This document shows positions 18,512 through 27,876 of a stretch of DNA of 64,000 nucleotides, one piece after another. This stretch comes from an uncultured Gemmatimonadales bacterium. Its GTDB lineage: Bacteria > Gemmatimonadota > Gemmatimonadetes > Longimicrobiales > Longimicrobiaceae. A program made the translations under genes and the position numbers. The notes below the pieces were generated by a model. That model was not told where the DNA came from and did no database searches. It worked only from the letters and a program-made list of their open reading frames with translations. The DNA is taken from contig OY970303.1 in the NCBI GenBank assembly GCA_963716255.1, positions 896,001 to 960,000 of the forward strand, written 5' to 3'. Position 1 is the stretch's first letter. Each line of letters begins with the position of its first letter.

Positions 18512-20650
18512 ATGGCCACCAAGACCAGGCAGAAGCCACAGCCCGCCGCCGTTTCCCGGGCGGAGCTGGACCGCGACACCCTCGTCGGGTTCTACCGCAC
18601 CATGCTCCTGTCGAGGCGGCTGGACGACAAGGAGATCCAGCTCAAGGGGCAGAACAAGATCTTCTTCCAGATCTCCGGCGCGGGGCACGAGGCGGTGCAG
18701 GTGGCCGCCGCCGCGCACGCCCGCCCCGGCTACGACTGGTTCTACTTCTACTACCGCGACCGCGCCTTCACGCTGGCGCTGGGGATGACGGCGCTGGACC
18801 ACCTCCTGTCGGCGGTGGGCGCAGCGGCGGACCCCAACTCCGGCGGGCGGCAGATGCCCTCGCACTGGGGCCACAAGGACCTCAACATCGTGTCCACCTC
18901 GTCGCCCACGGGAACGCAGTTCCTGCAGGCGGTGGGAACCGCCGAGGCGGCCATCCGCGCCCGCAAGGTGGGCGAGCCGCTGGTGGAGACCGCCGGCGCC
19001 AAGCCGGACGAGGTGGTGTTCGTCACCACCGGCGACGGGACCACCTCCGAGGGCGAGTTCTGGGAAAGCCTGAACTCGGCGTGCAACCTCCGGGTGCCGG
19101 TGGTCTATATCGTGGAGGACAACGAGTTCGCCATCTCGGTGCCGGTGGAGGTGAACACCGCGGGCGGGAGCATCTCCAAGCTGGTGACCGGCTTCCCCCA
19201 CCTGCTGGTGGAGGAGTGCGACGGCACGGACGTGTGGGACAGCTACGCGGCGATGGGCCGGGCGGTGGAGCACGCGCGCTCCGGCCGCGGCCCCGCCCTG
19301 GTGCACGCCCACGTCATCCGCCCGTACTCGCACTCCCTGTCGGACGACGAGCGGTTCTACAAGACCGAGGTGATGCGGAGCGAGGAGGCCAAGCGCGATC
19401 CCATCGCCAAGCTGGCGCGCGCGCTGGTGGACGGCGGCATGGCCACGCAGGACGACCTAGAGCGGATCGACGGCGAGGTGAACGCGGAGGTGCAGCGCGC
19501 CACGGACGAGGCGCTGGAATCGCCGCAGCCGGACGTGAGCACGGCGATGGACTTCCTGTTCTCGCCGGACGTGGACCCCACGGCGGAGCAGTTCGACACC
19601 GAGGACGACCCGCGCTTCTCGGGGAACGACACCACCATGGTGGACCTGATCAACGCGACGCTCCGCGACGAGATGCGGCGCGACCCGCGGATCGTGGTCT
19701 TCGGCGAGGACGTGGCGGACTGCTCGCGCGAGGACATGCTCCCCGACGTCAAGGGCAAGGGCGGGGTGTTCAAGGTAACGGCGGGGCTGCAGCGCGAGTT
19801 CGGCGGGACGCGGGTCTTCAACTCGCCGCTTGCGGAGGCCAACATCGTGGGCCGCGCGGTGGGGATGGCGGTGCGCGGGCTCAAGCCGGTGGTGGAGATC
19901 CAGTTCTTCGACTACATCTGGCCCGCCATGATGCAGATCCGCGGCGAGCTGGCCACCATGCGCTACCGCTCCAACAACGCCTTCAGCTCGCCGGTGGTGA
20001 TCCGCACCACCTACGGCGGCTACCTCAAGGGCGGCGCCATCTACCACTCGCAGACGGGCGAGTCGCTGTTCGCGCACTGCCCGGGGCTGCGCGTGGTGCT
20101 CCCCTCAAACGCGGTGGACGCGGCGGGGCTGCTGCGCACGGCCATCCGCTGCGAGGACCCGGTGCTCTTCCTGGAGCACAAGCACCTGTACCGCCAGGTG
20201 TACAACAAGGGCAAGTATCCGGGCCCCAACTTCATGATCCCCTTCGGCAAGGCGAAGACGGTGCGCGAGGGATCGGACGTGACCATCATCACCTGGGGCG
20301 CGCTGGTGCAGCGCTCGCTGGTAGCCGCCAAGCAGGCCCAGGAGCAGCACGGCGTGTCGGTGGAGGTGATCGACATGCGCACGGTGAGCCCGCTGGACAT
20401 GGAGGCGGTGGCCGCGTCGGTGAAGAAGACCAGCCGGCTGATCGTGGCCCACGAAGACTCGCTGTCCTGGGGGATCGGCGCCGAGGTGGTGGCCCGCGTG
20501 GCCGACGAGCTCTTCCCCTGGCTGGACGCGCCGGTGAAGCGCGTGGCCTCGATGGACACCTGGGTGGCGTACGCGCCGCAGGTGGAGCGCGAGATCCTGC
20601 CGGAGCCGGAGGACGTGCTCAAGGCCATCGTGGACGTGGCGGGGTACTGA
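18512..20650 (+). CDS. 2-oxoacid dehydrogenase E1, fused alpha/beta subunits
   Basis: [26 protein letters not shown] (ThDP motif), HSLSDD; GEDV, NSPLAEA, EIQFFDY, YHSQ, FLEHK beta-subunit motifs. Confidence 0.95.
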   Translation: MATKTRQKPQPAAVSRAELDRDTLVGFYRTMLLSRRLDDKEIQLKGQNKIFFQISGAGHEAVQVAAAAHARPGYDWFYFYYRDRAFTLALGMTALDHLLSAVGAAADPNSGGRQMPSHWGHKDLNIVSTSSPTGTQFLQAVGTAEAAIRARKVGEPLVETAGAKPDEVVFVTTGDGTTSEGEFWESLNSACNLRVPVVYIVEDNEFAISVPVEVNTAGGSISKLVTGFPHLLVEECDGTDVWDSYAAMGRAVEHARSGRGPALVHAHVIRPYSHSLSDDERFYKTEVMRSEEAKRDPIAKLARALVDGGMATQDDLERIDGEVNAEVQRATDEALESPQPDVSTAMDFLFSPDVDPTAEQFDTEDDPRFSGNDTTMVDLINATLRDEMRRDPRIVVFGEDVADCSREDMLPDVKGKGGVFKVTAGLQREFGGTRVFNSPLAEANIVGRAVGMAVRGLKPVVEIQFFDYIWPAMMQIRGELATMRYRSNNAFSSPVVIRTTYGGYLKGGAIYHSQTGESLFAHCPGLRVVLPSNAVDAAGLLRTAIRCEDPVLFLEHKHLYRQVYNKGKYPGPNFMIPFGKAKTVREGSDVTIITWGALVQRSLVAAKQAQEQHGVSVEVIDMRTVSPLDMEAVAASVKKTSRLIVAHEDSLSWGIGAEVVARVADELFPWLDAPVKRVASMDTWVAYAPQVEREILPEPEDVLKAIVDVAGY

Positions 20651-20690
20651 ACCCGGCAGTCCGAAGCACGGAGTTCGAAGCACGCAACCG

Positions 20691-20723
20691 CGCCCCCGCC
20701 GGGATTCCCGGCGGGGGCGATTT
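20691..20723 (+). terminator. Terminator-like hairpin
   Basis: CGCCCCCGCCGGGA-T-TCCCGGCGGGGGCG then ATTT; near-identical hairpin at 25461-25496. Confidence 0.55.
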
Positions 20724-21030
20724 GCGTCGGGCGCGCAGACGCCAGGGACCCGGAGCATGGCTTTCCGGAGCCCGGCGTGGGGAGGGACCGGCGCCGTGGA
20801 CTTGCTCCCGGGTCCCTCCACAGGTGGTCTACCCACCCCTAAACGGATCTGCAGCAACGATCTGTGCGGCAGGTCAGGCCCCTGGCGTCCACCTTGTCCA
20901 TGTCGCTTCGCGGGGACCCGGACGCGGGACCGGCCGCACGTTTCCCGCCTTTGCCCTCCGCAATATCGCCGCGGGCCGGATCGGCTGCATCGTAGTGCTT
21001 AGCGAAGCGAACCTCGAACGGGGCGAGGAC

Positions 21031-21471
21031 ATGCGGGAGGAAGAACCATTGAGGCGGACGGGCGTGGGGCCGGGCCGGACCGGGGAGCTGAACCGGGTGG
21101 CGGAGGCGTGGAGGCTGGAGGAACTGCGGCAGGCGGTCCGCCGGGAGCTGCGCACGCACCGCGGACAGCTGGCGCTCGCGCGGATGATCGGCGTGGGGCG
21201 GTCGGTGGTGAGGAAGCTGGTGGAGATGCGGAGCGCGCCCCGGGACGCGAACCTGGACCGGCTGCGGGAGTGGGCGGCGGACCGACCGGCGGTGGAGACG
21301 CCCCTGGAAACGGTGTGCCTGGCGGTGCTGGTGGAGGGGCTGCCGGCGGCCGCGCGGTACGGCGCCCGGCTGGAGCTGGCCCGGGCGCTGACGCGCCTCT
21401 GCCGGGAGGCGGGGGGCGAGGTGCCGCGGTGGCTCGCGGTGGAGACGGAGGACCGGCGGAGGCACGGGTGA
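21031..21471 (+). CDS. Putative XRE-like helix-turn-helix protein
   Basis: GAGG RBS; GQLALARMIGVGRSVVRKLVE resembles an XRE HTH. Confidence 0.6.
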   Translation: MREEEPLRRTGVGPGRTGELNRVAEAWRLEELRQAVRRELRTHRGQLALARMIGVGRSVVRKLVEMRSAPRDANLDRLREWAADRPAVETPLETVCLAVLVEGLPAAARYGARLELARALTRLCREAGGEVPRWLAVETEDRRRHG

Positions 21472-21563
21472 GCGTGCCGGCGGCACCCACGGCGCGCGCC
21501 GGACCGGATCGAGGCTGCTGCCTTCGGGCAGGGGGAGGAGGCGGGTCGCGGGAGGGTGGCGCG

Positions 21564-21587
21564 GTGTCCACTGTGTCCGCTAATATG
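21564..21587 (+). promoter_or_regulatory. Conserved upstream motif of TPR gene 1 (GTGTCCACT-GT-GTCCGCT-AATATG; TAATAT -10-like)
   Basis: Matches the motif upstream of the paralogous TPR gene at 59153-59178. Confidence 0.6.
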
Positions 21588-21631
21588 ACGCTCCGCGGAC
21601 GCATGCCACACGCCACCTCGCGCTGCTACTG

Positions 21632-23023
21632 ATGGGGCAGACCACGATCGAAAGGGCCCCGCGCCCGCGGAGCCTCCCGCCGGTGCCGCGGTGGCTGCCG
21701 GAACACAAGCTGATCGAGGACGCGGACGCGATCGGCGACGACGTGGTGGCGCTCGCGCTGCTGCTCCTGCTGCGCGACATCCGTCTCTGGGTGGAGTCGC
21801 CTCCCGAAGAGAGATCAAGTCTCCTCCTGCCCCCGAGCCGGGATCGCGTCGAGACCATCGAGCGCGCTTCCGCACGTGCACAGAGCATCGCGGAGGCGCT
21901 GAACGATCTCTCCGCCATGCGCTCAAAACCTGAACGTGCGACTGACGAAGTCCTGAACGCAGCCTGCCAGCGCATTGCTAGGTGGGCTCATCGGCAGTCT
22001 CTGAGTTGCATCGCACTACTATACGCCGAAGCCGCCGCACGCATTGCTCTGGCGACGGCATCCAATGCGAACTTCGCGGGGCGAATGGCTCGGATTGCAG
22101 GCTTTCCGGACCGGTCCGAATTGTGGTTTGATCACGGTATCAGAATCGCTGGCCGTGACGGGAACAGGAACAGAGGCGAATTGATCCGTGCTTTACTTGG
22201 CAAAAGTACGATTCTGCGGGAGAAAGGATCCTTTCAAGATGCACGATGCCTCCTGGATCGAGCAGCTCGCCTTTGTGCCTCAACGCGCCGGTACAGGCAA
22301 GCTGCGGAAACGCAGCACGACCTCTTCGCACTAGCCGTCGTGGATGGAACCTTTGTAGAGGCCGAGGGACACATGGCGCTGGCTGTTGAGCACTACCCAA
22401 TCCACCATCCTGCGATTCCAATACTAATACATGACTGGTGCTTTCTACTTGTTCAGCATGGGTACTATTCCGAGGTATTACCTCTACTCTGCGAGTCGAT
22501 CCCACGCATCCAGCGACTTGAAGTCCAACTGTTTAGTCTGGGCCCCCTTGCGCGGGCTGCTGGTGGGGTCGGGCTCAGGAAACTATATGATGAGGCAGTG
22601 CAACGGATTGAAGTGCTCGTTGAGCGCACCAAAGCGTATGCTGCACCAGCACTTGCGCATGCAGCCTATGGAGCGCGATTCTTCGCAGATTGGGAGCGGG
22701 CATTCAACCTTGCGACACAGGCTAGGGCAATTGCGCTTGCCAGAGGCGAAATAGAAGTAGCGAACGGAGTTGAGGAGTTCCTCTCGGCCATCCGCGCGAA
22801 GGTGCCGCCTATACCGTCCGCGACGCCTCCAGACTCCAGTCGTGTTACGGAAATCCACGACCGCATAATGCGCCTTCTAAAGGCACGCGAGCGACCTGTT
22901 CGTCGTCCCGTCGAGCCGACCGAGGCGCGGGAGGCAGGCGGCATCCAAGTGCCTGCCTCCACAACAACCTCAGCGTCATTAACCGCCAGACCCCCCCAAC
23001 CACCCCGCGAACGCAGCCGTTGA
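21632..23023 (+). CDS. TPR-like all-helical protein, candidate peptide receptor 1
   Basis: Repeating Ala/Leu-rich helical pairs; aligns by eye along its length with 57777-59099. Confidence 0.8.
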   Translation: MGQTTIERAPRPRSLPPVPRWLPEHKLIEDADAIGDDVVALALLLLLRDIRLWVESPPEERSSLLLPPSRDRVETIERASARAQSIAEALNDLSAMRSKPERATDEVLNAACQRIARWAHRQSLSCIALLYAEAAARIALATASNANFAGRMARIAGFPDRSELWFDHGIRIAGRDGNRNRGELIRALLGKSTILREKGSFQDARCLLDRAARLCASTRRYRQAAETQHDLFALAVVDGTFVEAEGHMALAVEHYPIHHPAIPILIHDWCFLLVQHGYYSEVLPLLCESIPRIQRLEVQLFSLGPLARAAGGVGLRKLYDEAVQRIEVLVERTKAYAAPALAHAAYGARFFADWERAFNLATQARAIALARGEIEVANGVEEFLSAIRAKVPPIPSATPPDSSRVTEIHDRIMRLLKARERPVRRPVEPTEAREAGGIQVPASTTTSASLTARPPQPPRERSR

Positions 23024-23209
23024 GGCTGAATCGGGGATACTGGTCGAAGAGGGCGTCGCCCCTGTGTCATCGCCCGACCGTCCTCCGCTGCCACCCAAGA
23101 AGCCACTGTAGGCCGGACCCGCGGGAGCGCTCACGCCTGTGGGAGTCTCGCTGCCGCACCCCGCCAGTGAAGCAAGAAGGCAAAAACCGAGAATTGTCTT
23201 TCTATGCAT
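22979..23209 (-). CDS. Small lipobox-bearing secreted peptide A with duplicated GGSGG core
   Basis: MHRKTILGFCLLASLAGC; cores GFLGGSGG and C-terminal GWLGGSGG; paralog of 23295-23531. Confidence 0.8.
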   Translation of the reverse strand: MHRKTILGFCLLASLAGCGSETPTGVSAPAGPAYSGFLGGSGGRSGDDTGATPSSTSIPDSASTAAFAGWLGGSGG

Positions 23210-23294
23210 GTGGATCCCCTGTGTTTGAGGAAGGCGTCAGCCGCGAAGTGGCCGACACACAAGCCGCCGTCATCCTGTCGAGCGGCGCGGCAAG

Positions 23295-23531
23295 CTAGTT
23301 CCCTGACCCCATCGTCCAGCCGCCGAAGGCAACCGTCGTAGTCGAGCCAGACGTGCCGGTAGAAGTCGGAGTTGTCCCAGAGCCGCCGTCGCCCGACCGG
23401 TTGCCGCTTCCCACCATCAATCCAGTGTCGGATCTCGGACCTACAGGCGTATCCACGCCCGTGGGAGCCTCGCTGCCACACCCCGCCAGCGACGCAAGAA
23501 GACAAAGGCCGAAAATCAACGTTCTGCGCAT
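23295..23531 (-). CDS. Small lipobox-bearing secreted peptide B with duplicated GSGN core
   Basis: AGGAG RBS; MRRTLIFGLCLLASLAGC; cores GLMVGSGN and C-terminal GWTMGSGN. Confidence 0.8.
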   Translation of the reverse strand: MRRTLIFGLCLLASLAGCGSEAPTGVDTPVGPRSDTGLMVGSGNRSGDGGSGTTPTSTGTSGSTTTVAFGGWTMGSGN

Positions 23532-23679
23532 TGGAATCTCCTGCCGCCGAAGGGGAAACCGGGTGTGAACGATGCAAACTATCCACACCGTACATAACCC
23601 GCCAGCACCCTCCGGTAAATAGAGATGACAGCAAACTCCGGGTTTTCGCGCCGTCCACGAAACGGCGACATTCGCCGCA

Positions 23680-24252
23680 ATGGACACGAGCCCCGACGCC
23701 GCCGTGCTGCGGTACCTGCGCTACCTCGCGCTCCGCGAGGGCGGCTACACCCGCCGCGGTGTACCCGGCTGGGCCCTTCGCGAGGACGTGGAGCGCGCCA
23801 CCCGGAAGCGTCTCCCCGGATGCCTGCCCCGCCTGCACGCGCGCGTGCTGCTGGACCGCGAGGACGTCCGCGCTCCCTGGCTGACCCGCCCGGTGTGGAT
23901 CTACCGCGTCACCCGGGTCGGGGCGGACCTCGCGGCGGAGCTTGCCCACCTGCCCCGGCTCCCGCCGCTGCGCCCGCTCCGCCTCGCTGAGCGCGCCGCC
24001 GACGCCGCCGGCGAGCGGTGCCGCTGTTCCGCGTCACCGCGCCCGGCGGCGCGGCGATCCCGCTGGAGTGGCGAGCCCCCCGCTGAAGCGGATGGGACGG
24101 CTGTCTCCCGCCGGAGCCCCCGAAGGATTCCGCGGGCGGCGCGGCTTGTGCGAAGGTGGAACACGGACCCTCCCTCCACCCGACCGTCCGGAGCCCCGCG
24201 ATGCAGGAAAACGAGCCCATCGAGCCGCAGGGGGACGGGAATTCCGTCCTGA
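23680..24252 (+). CDS. Hypothetical protein, N-terminal ~100 aa possibly winged-helix; 3' end doubtful
   Basis: LPRLHARVLLDREDV...WIYRVTRVGA resembles a wHTH wing; the C-terminal part is low-complexity and overlaps the next gene. Confidence 0.45.
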   Translation: MDTSPDAAVLRYLRYLALREGGYTRRGVPGWALREDVERATRKRLPGCLPRLHARVLLDREDVRAPWLTRPVWIYRVTRVGADLAAELAHLPRLPPLRPLRLAERAADAAGERCRCSASPRPAARRSRWSGEPPAEADGTAVSRRSPRRIPRAARLVRRWNTDPPSTRPSGAPRCRKTSPSSRRGTGIPS

Positions 24253-25421
24253 CGCCGGACGTGGATCCCACGGCGCAGGCGGTGCCGGCGAGCGAGCATG
24301 CCGCCGAGCCGGACCTGGAGCGGACGGGGGAGGCGATCGACACCCACCGTGCGCACGCCGTCTCCGTGACGGTGCTCGCGGTACTGGCGGTGCTGTACAC
24401 GCTGTACTTCGCCCGCGAGTTCCTGCTCCCCATCGCCATCGCGCTCCTGCTCAGCTTCCTGTTCAGCCCGCTGGTGCGGGCGCTGGCGCGCGTGAAGGTC
24501 CGCCCGCCGCTGGGCGCGGGGCTGGTGGTGCTGGGGCTGCTGGGGCTGCTGGGGCTGGGCGTGTACGAGCTGTCGGGGCCGGTGCAGAGCTGGGCCGCGA
24601 GCGCCCCGGAGACGCTGGCGAGCGCCCAGGCGCGTCTGCGCACCGTGATGCGGCCGCTGGAGCGCGTCAGCCGCACCGCGGAGCAGGTGGAGAGCGCCGC
24701 CAGCGGGGTGGGCAGCGGACAGGCGAAGCCGCGCGAGGTGGTGGTGCGCGGGCCGGGGCTGATGTCGCGCATCTTCGGGACGACGCAGCGCTTCGCCACG
24801 GGGATGATGGAGGTGCTGGTGCTGCTGTACTTCCTGCTGGCCGCGGGCGACCTGTTCCTGCAGAAGCTGGTGAAGGTGCTCCCCAACCTGCGCGACAAGC
24901 GCAAGGCGGTGGGGATCGCCCGGGCCACCGAGTCGGCGATCTCCACCTACCTGCTGACCGCCCTGCTGATGAACGTGGCGGAAGGAGTGGCGGTGGCGCT
25001 GGCGATGTGGCTGCTGGGGATGCCCAACCCGGCGCTGTGGGGAGCGCTGGTGGTGGTGCTGGAATTCATCCCCTACCTGGGCGCGCTCACCATGACTGTG
25101 ATCCTGTTCCTGGCGGCAATCACCACCTTCGACAGCGTGGGCCACGCGCTCGTCCCCCCCGCGGCCTTTCTGGTCATCAACCTGGTGCAGGCCAACTTCG
25201 TGAGCCCCATGCTCTTCGGCCACAAGCTCGCGCTCAACCCGGTGGCGCTCTTCGTGGGGCTGGCCTTCTGGTTCTGGATCTGGGGGATCCCGGGGGCCTT
25301 CATCGCGGTGCCGCTGCTGGCAACCTTCAAGATCTTCTGCGACCACATCGAGTCGCTGGCCTCGGTGGGCGAGTTCCTGGGGATGCGCGACGCGGAGGAG
25401 CGCCGCGCGACGGTGCGGTGA
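24201..25421 (+). CDS. AI-2E family transporter (PurR-regulated permease PerM-like)
   Basis: Multiple TM; FIPYLGA, P.LFG..L.LNPV, WIWGIPGAFIAVPLL. Confidence 0.9.
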   Translation: MQENEPIEPQGDGNSVLTPDVDPTAQAVPASEHAAEPDLERTGEAIDTHRAHAVSVTVLAVLAVLYTLYFAREFLLPIAIALLLSFLFSPLVRALARVKVRPPLGAGLVVLGLLGLLGLGVYELSGPVQSWAASAPETLASAQARLRTVMRPLERVSRTAEQVESAASGVGSGQAKPREVVVRGPGLMSRIFGTTQRFATGMMEVLVLLYFLLAAGDLFLQKLVKVLPNLRDKRKAVGIARATESAISTYLLTALLMNVAEGVAVALAMWLLGMPNPALWGALVVVLEFIPYLGALTMTVILFLAAITTFDSVGHALVPPAAFLVINLVQANFVSPMLFGHKLALNPVALFVGLAFWFWIWGIPGAFIAVPLLATFKIFCDHIESLASVGEFLGMRDAEERRATVR

Positions 25422-25460
25422 GCGCGGGAGCTGGAGCCATGGAGTACGGAGTACGTCGAA

Positions 25461-25500
25461 GCGCCCCCGCCGGGATCTCCCGGCGGGGGTGCTTTTCGTT
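25461..25500 (+). terminator. Rho-independent terminator
   Basis: CCCCCGCCGGGA-TC-TCCCGGCGGGGG then GCTTTTCGTT. Confidence 0.6.
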
Positions 25501-25564
25501 GTTCCGCAGTTCTCCCCCTCTCCCGCTTGCGGGGGAGGGGGCCGGGGGGAGGGGGCCAGCAGCT

Positions 25565-25701
25565 GCGTGAGGGATTTCGGCCCGAAGGGGCGAGACCGCG
25601 CGGGTAGTTTCGCGCGGTCTCGACTCCGTTGGGCTGCGTTGTTTGCAGCCCTACGGAGCCGAAGCCCGACCCCGGCGCCAGCCGGGGGCACGCCCGAACC
25701 C
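25565..25701 (+). repeat. Family A element, copy A5, preceded by palindrome C at 25509-25557
   Basis: Stems GAGACCGCGCG/CGCGCGGTCTC and GGGCTGC/GCAGCCC. Confidence 0.95.
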
Positions 25702-25736
25702 GCCGTTCGTACGTCCGGCCGGAGATCCGAAGCCAG

Positions 25737-26267
25737 CTACATCGCGTGCCCCGGAATCGCCCCGCACACCACCGGCGGCCCGATGTTCTCGCCCGCGGCC
25801 TGGTGGTAGGCGACGATGTGCTTCCCGTTCATGGCGATGGAGGTGGGGATTGCGACCGTGGAGGTCGCCGTGCCCGCGCCGCCCGCGTCGGCGGTGATGT
25901 CCTGGAGCGGGGCGACCGGTGCGCCCGGAGCGTCGCAGGTCCCCTGGTGCACGTGGCCGGAGTGGGCGCTGTTGGGCTGGAAGCCCGCGAGGCGCACGGC
26001 GACCTGCGTCTGGCCGGCGGCCTCGGTGAGGATGGCCTCGCCCGAGACGCCGGAGCCGGCGACGGCGGCCATGGGCACCATCTGCGGGGCCATGGCGGCG
26101 TGGGCCGTGTCCGTCGCGACGGGGGCCGGCACGGCCGCGGCGGCGGCGGCGGAGTCCGCGGCGGCGCCGTCGGTGGGATCGTCCTCTTCGGCCTCGGTGT
26201 CGTTCATCCCGCAGGCGGCGAGCGCGAGCGGCAGGCCGAGGAGCAGCCAGTACCTGGACAGCTTCAT
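25737..26267 (-). CDS. Lipoprotein with Cu/Zn-SOD/CHRD-like beta domain
   Basis: LAAC lipobox; SGVSGEA.L, HSGHVHQGTC, IVAYH, VVCGAI. Confidence 0.75.
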   Translation of the reverse strand: MKLSRYWLLLGLPLALAACGMNDTEAEEDDPTDGAAADSAAAAAAVPAPVATDTAHAAMAPQMVPMAAVAGSGVSGEAILTEAAGQTQVAVRLAGFQPNSAHSGHVHQGTCDAPGAPVAPLQDITADAGGAGTATSTVAIPTSIAMNGKHIVAYHQAAGENIGPPVVCGAIPGHAM

Positions 26268-26393
26268 GATTCCTCCCATTCCACGTGGACGGTACGGGCC
26301 GGCGTTGCCGGCCGGGGCGCCGCAATCTACGCCGCGGCCCCCGGGTGAGCACCCCCGTGCGGGAAGGCGCGCCCGCGCCGGCGCCTCCGTGGC

Positions 26394-26431
26394 AAAAAAG
26401 ACGCCCCGGACGCAGGTGCGTCCGGGGCGTC
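26394..26431 (-). terminator. Rho-independent terminator between the two lipoprotein paralogs
   Basis: GACGCCCCGGACGCA/TGCGTCCGGGGCGTC hairpin followed by T6 on the minus strand. Confidence 0.75.
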
Positions 26432-26451
26432 CTTGATCCGCGGTCCGAAGA

Positions 26452-26979
26452 CTACATCGAGTGCTGCGGGATCGCGCCGCAGACGACGGGGCTCCCCGGG
26501 TTCCCGCCGGCTTCGTGGTAGGCGATGACGTGCTGCCCGTTCATGGCCGTCGCGATGGGGACCGGAACGGTCGCGGTCATGGTCCCGCCGCCGCTACCGT
26601 CCGCGGTGATGGGCTGGAGCGGAGCCACCACGGCGCCGGGGGGGTCGCAGGTGCCCTGGTGGATGTGGCCCTGGTGCGTGCCCGTGCCGGTGGTGCCGGT
26701 GAGCGTCACCATCACCTGCGTCTGCCCGCTCATGTCCGTCAGCACGGCCTGCCCGCCCACCCCGGAGCCTCCGACGGCGCTCAGCTGCACCGTGTCGCCG
26801 CCGGCCATCGCGGTGGCCCCGGTGTCCATCGGCGCCGCCGGCGGCATCGTGGACATGGCGCCGGTGTCGGCGGTCTCCGTCACGGCTCCCACGTCCGTTT
26901 CAGCCTCGGTGTCGTTCCCGCCGCACGCCGCGAGCGCGAACGGCAGCGCGGCCAGCAGCCACAGCCTGGTGGTCTTCAT
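26452..26979 (-). CDS. Lipoprotein with Cu/Zn-SOD/CHRD-like beta domain (tandem paralog)
   Basis: LAAC lipobox; HQGHIHQGTC, VIAYH, VVCGAI; colinear with 25737-26267. Confidence 0.8.
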   Translation of the reverse strand: MKTTRLWLLAALPFALAACGGNDTEAETDVGAVTETADTGAMSTMPPAAPMDTGATAMAGGDTVQLSAVGGSGVGGQAVLTDMSGQTQVMVTLTGTTGTGTHQGHIHQGTCDPPGAVVAPLQPITADGSGGGTMTATVPVPIATAMNGQHVIAYHEAGGNPGSPVVCGAIPQHSM

Positions 26980-27096
26980 GGTGCCTCCCTGTCGAGTGAA
27001 GGATGGGCGGGCGCCTACGGCCGTCCGCCTTCCTGCGGCTCACGGGCCGCTGGGCCGCACCTCTGTTCAAGGTTCGTTCCACCATCCGCCGATGCG

Positions 27097-27804
27097 TCAG
27101 CTCCGGCCGTAGACGGGAACTGCGGCGCCGTTGACGGTGCGCGCGGCGTCGGAGGCCAGGAAGTGGATCACGCGGGCGATCTCCTCGGGCGCCGTCCAGG
27201 CGGAGTGGTCGGCGTCGGGCATGGCGCGGCGGTTGTCCTCGGTGTCCACGGTGCCGGGGAGCACGGCGTTGGCGCGGATGCCGTCGGTGCGGTACTCCTC
27301 GGCGAGCGCCTCCGCCAGCGTCACCAGCGCCGACTTGGCGACGGCGTAGGCGGCGCTGCCGGCGCGCCCCTCCCGCGCGGCGCGCGAGGACACGAACACC
27401 AGCGACCCGCCCCCGCCGCGCACCAGGGCGGGGATGGCGGCGCGCGCCACCAGCCAGGCGGACTTGAGGTTGAGGTCCATCATGCGGTCCCACACGTCGG
27501 TGGGGGTGTCGGCCAGCTTCATCCCGCCACGCCAGCCGCCCACCAGGTGGGCCACGGTGTCCAGCCGGCCGCCCCACTCCACCACCTGCTCCACGGCGGA
27601 GTTGGCGCCGCGCTCGGTGGTGAGGTCCAGGGCGAAGGGGAGGAGCCGGCCGCCGAACTCGCCCTTGAGCGCGTCCAGGGCGCCGGGGTGGTCCGTCTTG
27701 TGGACGGGGACCGCCACCCGCGCGCCGCCTTCCAGGAAGGCGCGGGTCACGGCACGCCCCAGGTTGCCGGCGCCGCCGGTGATCAGGGCCACGGAATCCG
27801 CCAT
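27097..27804 (-). CDS. SDR family oxidoreductase
   Basis: TGGAGNLG, VSS, YAVAK (YxxxK), NAVLPG. Confidence 0.9.
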   Translation of the reverse strand: MADSVALITGGAGNLGRAVTRAFLEGGARVAVPVHKTDHPGALDALKGEFGGRLLPFALDLTTERGANSAVEQVVEWGGRLDTVAHLVGGWRGGMKLADTPTDVWDRMMDLNLKSAWLVARAAIPALVRGGGGSLVFVSSRAAREGRAGSAAYAVAKSALVTLAEALAEEYRTDGIRANAVLPGTVDTEDNRRAMPDADHSAWTAPEEIARVIHFLASDAARTVNGAAVPVYGRS

Positions 27805-27876
27805 GCAGAAAGTCCCGGTTGAATGGATGCGGGGCGCCGCCGGGTGGGTCCCGGCCGCGCCGCTGGAAAGGGCCGC

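Noticed and set aside
22979..23531. GSG peptides as RiPP precursors
   Set aside because: No modifying enzyme (rSAM, YcaO, LanM, ATP-grasp) or RRE is nearby, and they carry Sec/lipoprotein signals; not excluded if enzymes act in trans
20750..24000. Prophage or integrative element at the AT-richer islands
   Set aside because: No integrase, att repeats, tRNA target or structural genes visible
24201..25421. AI-2E transporter as the exporter/importer for the GSG peptides
   Set aside because: No counterpart at locus 2; the family is ubiquitous and adjacency alone is insufficient
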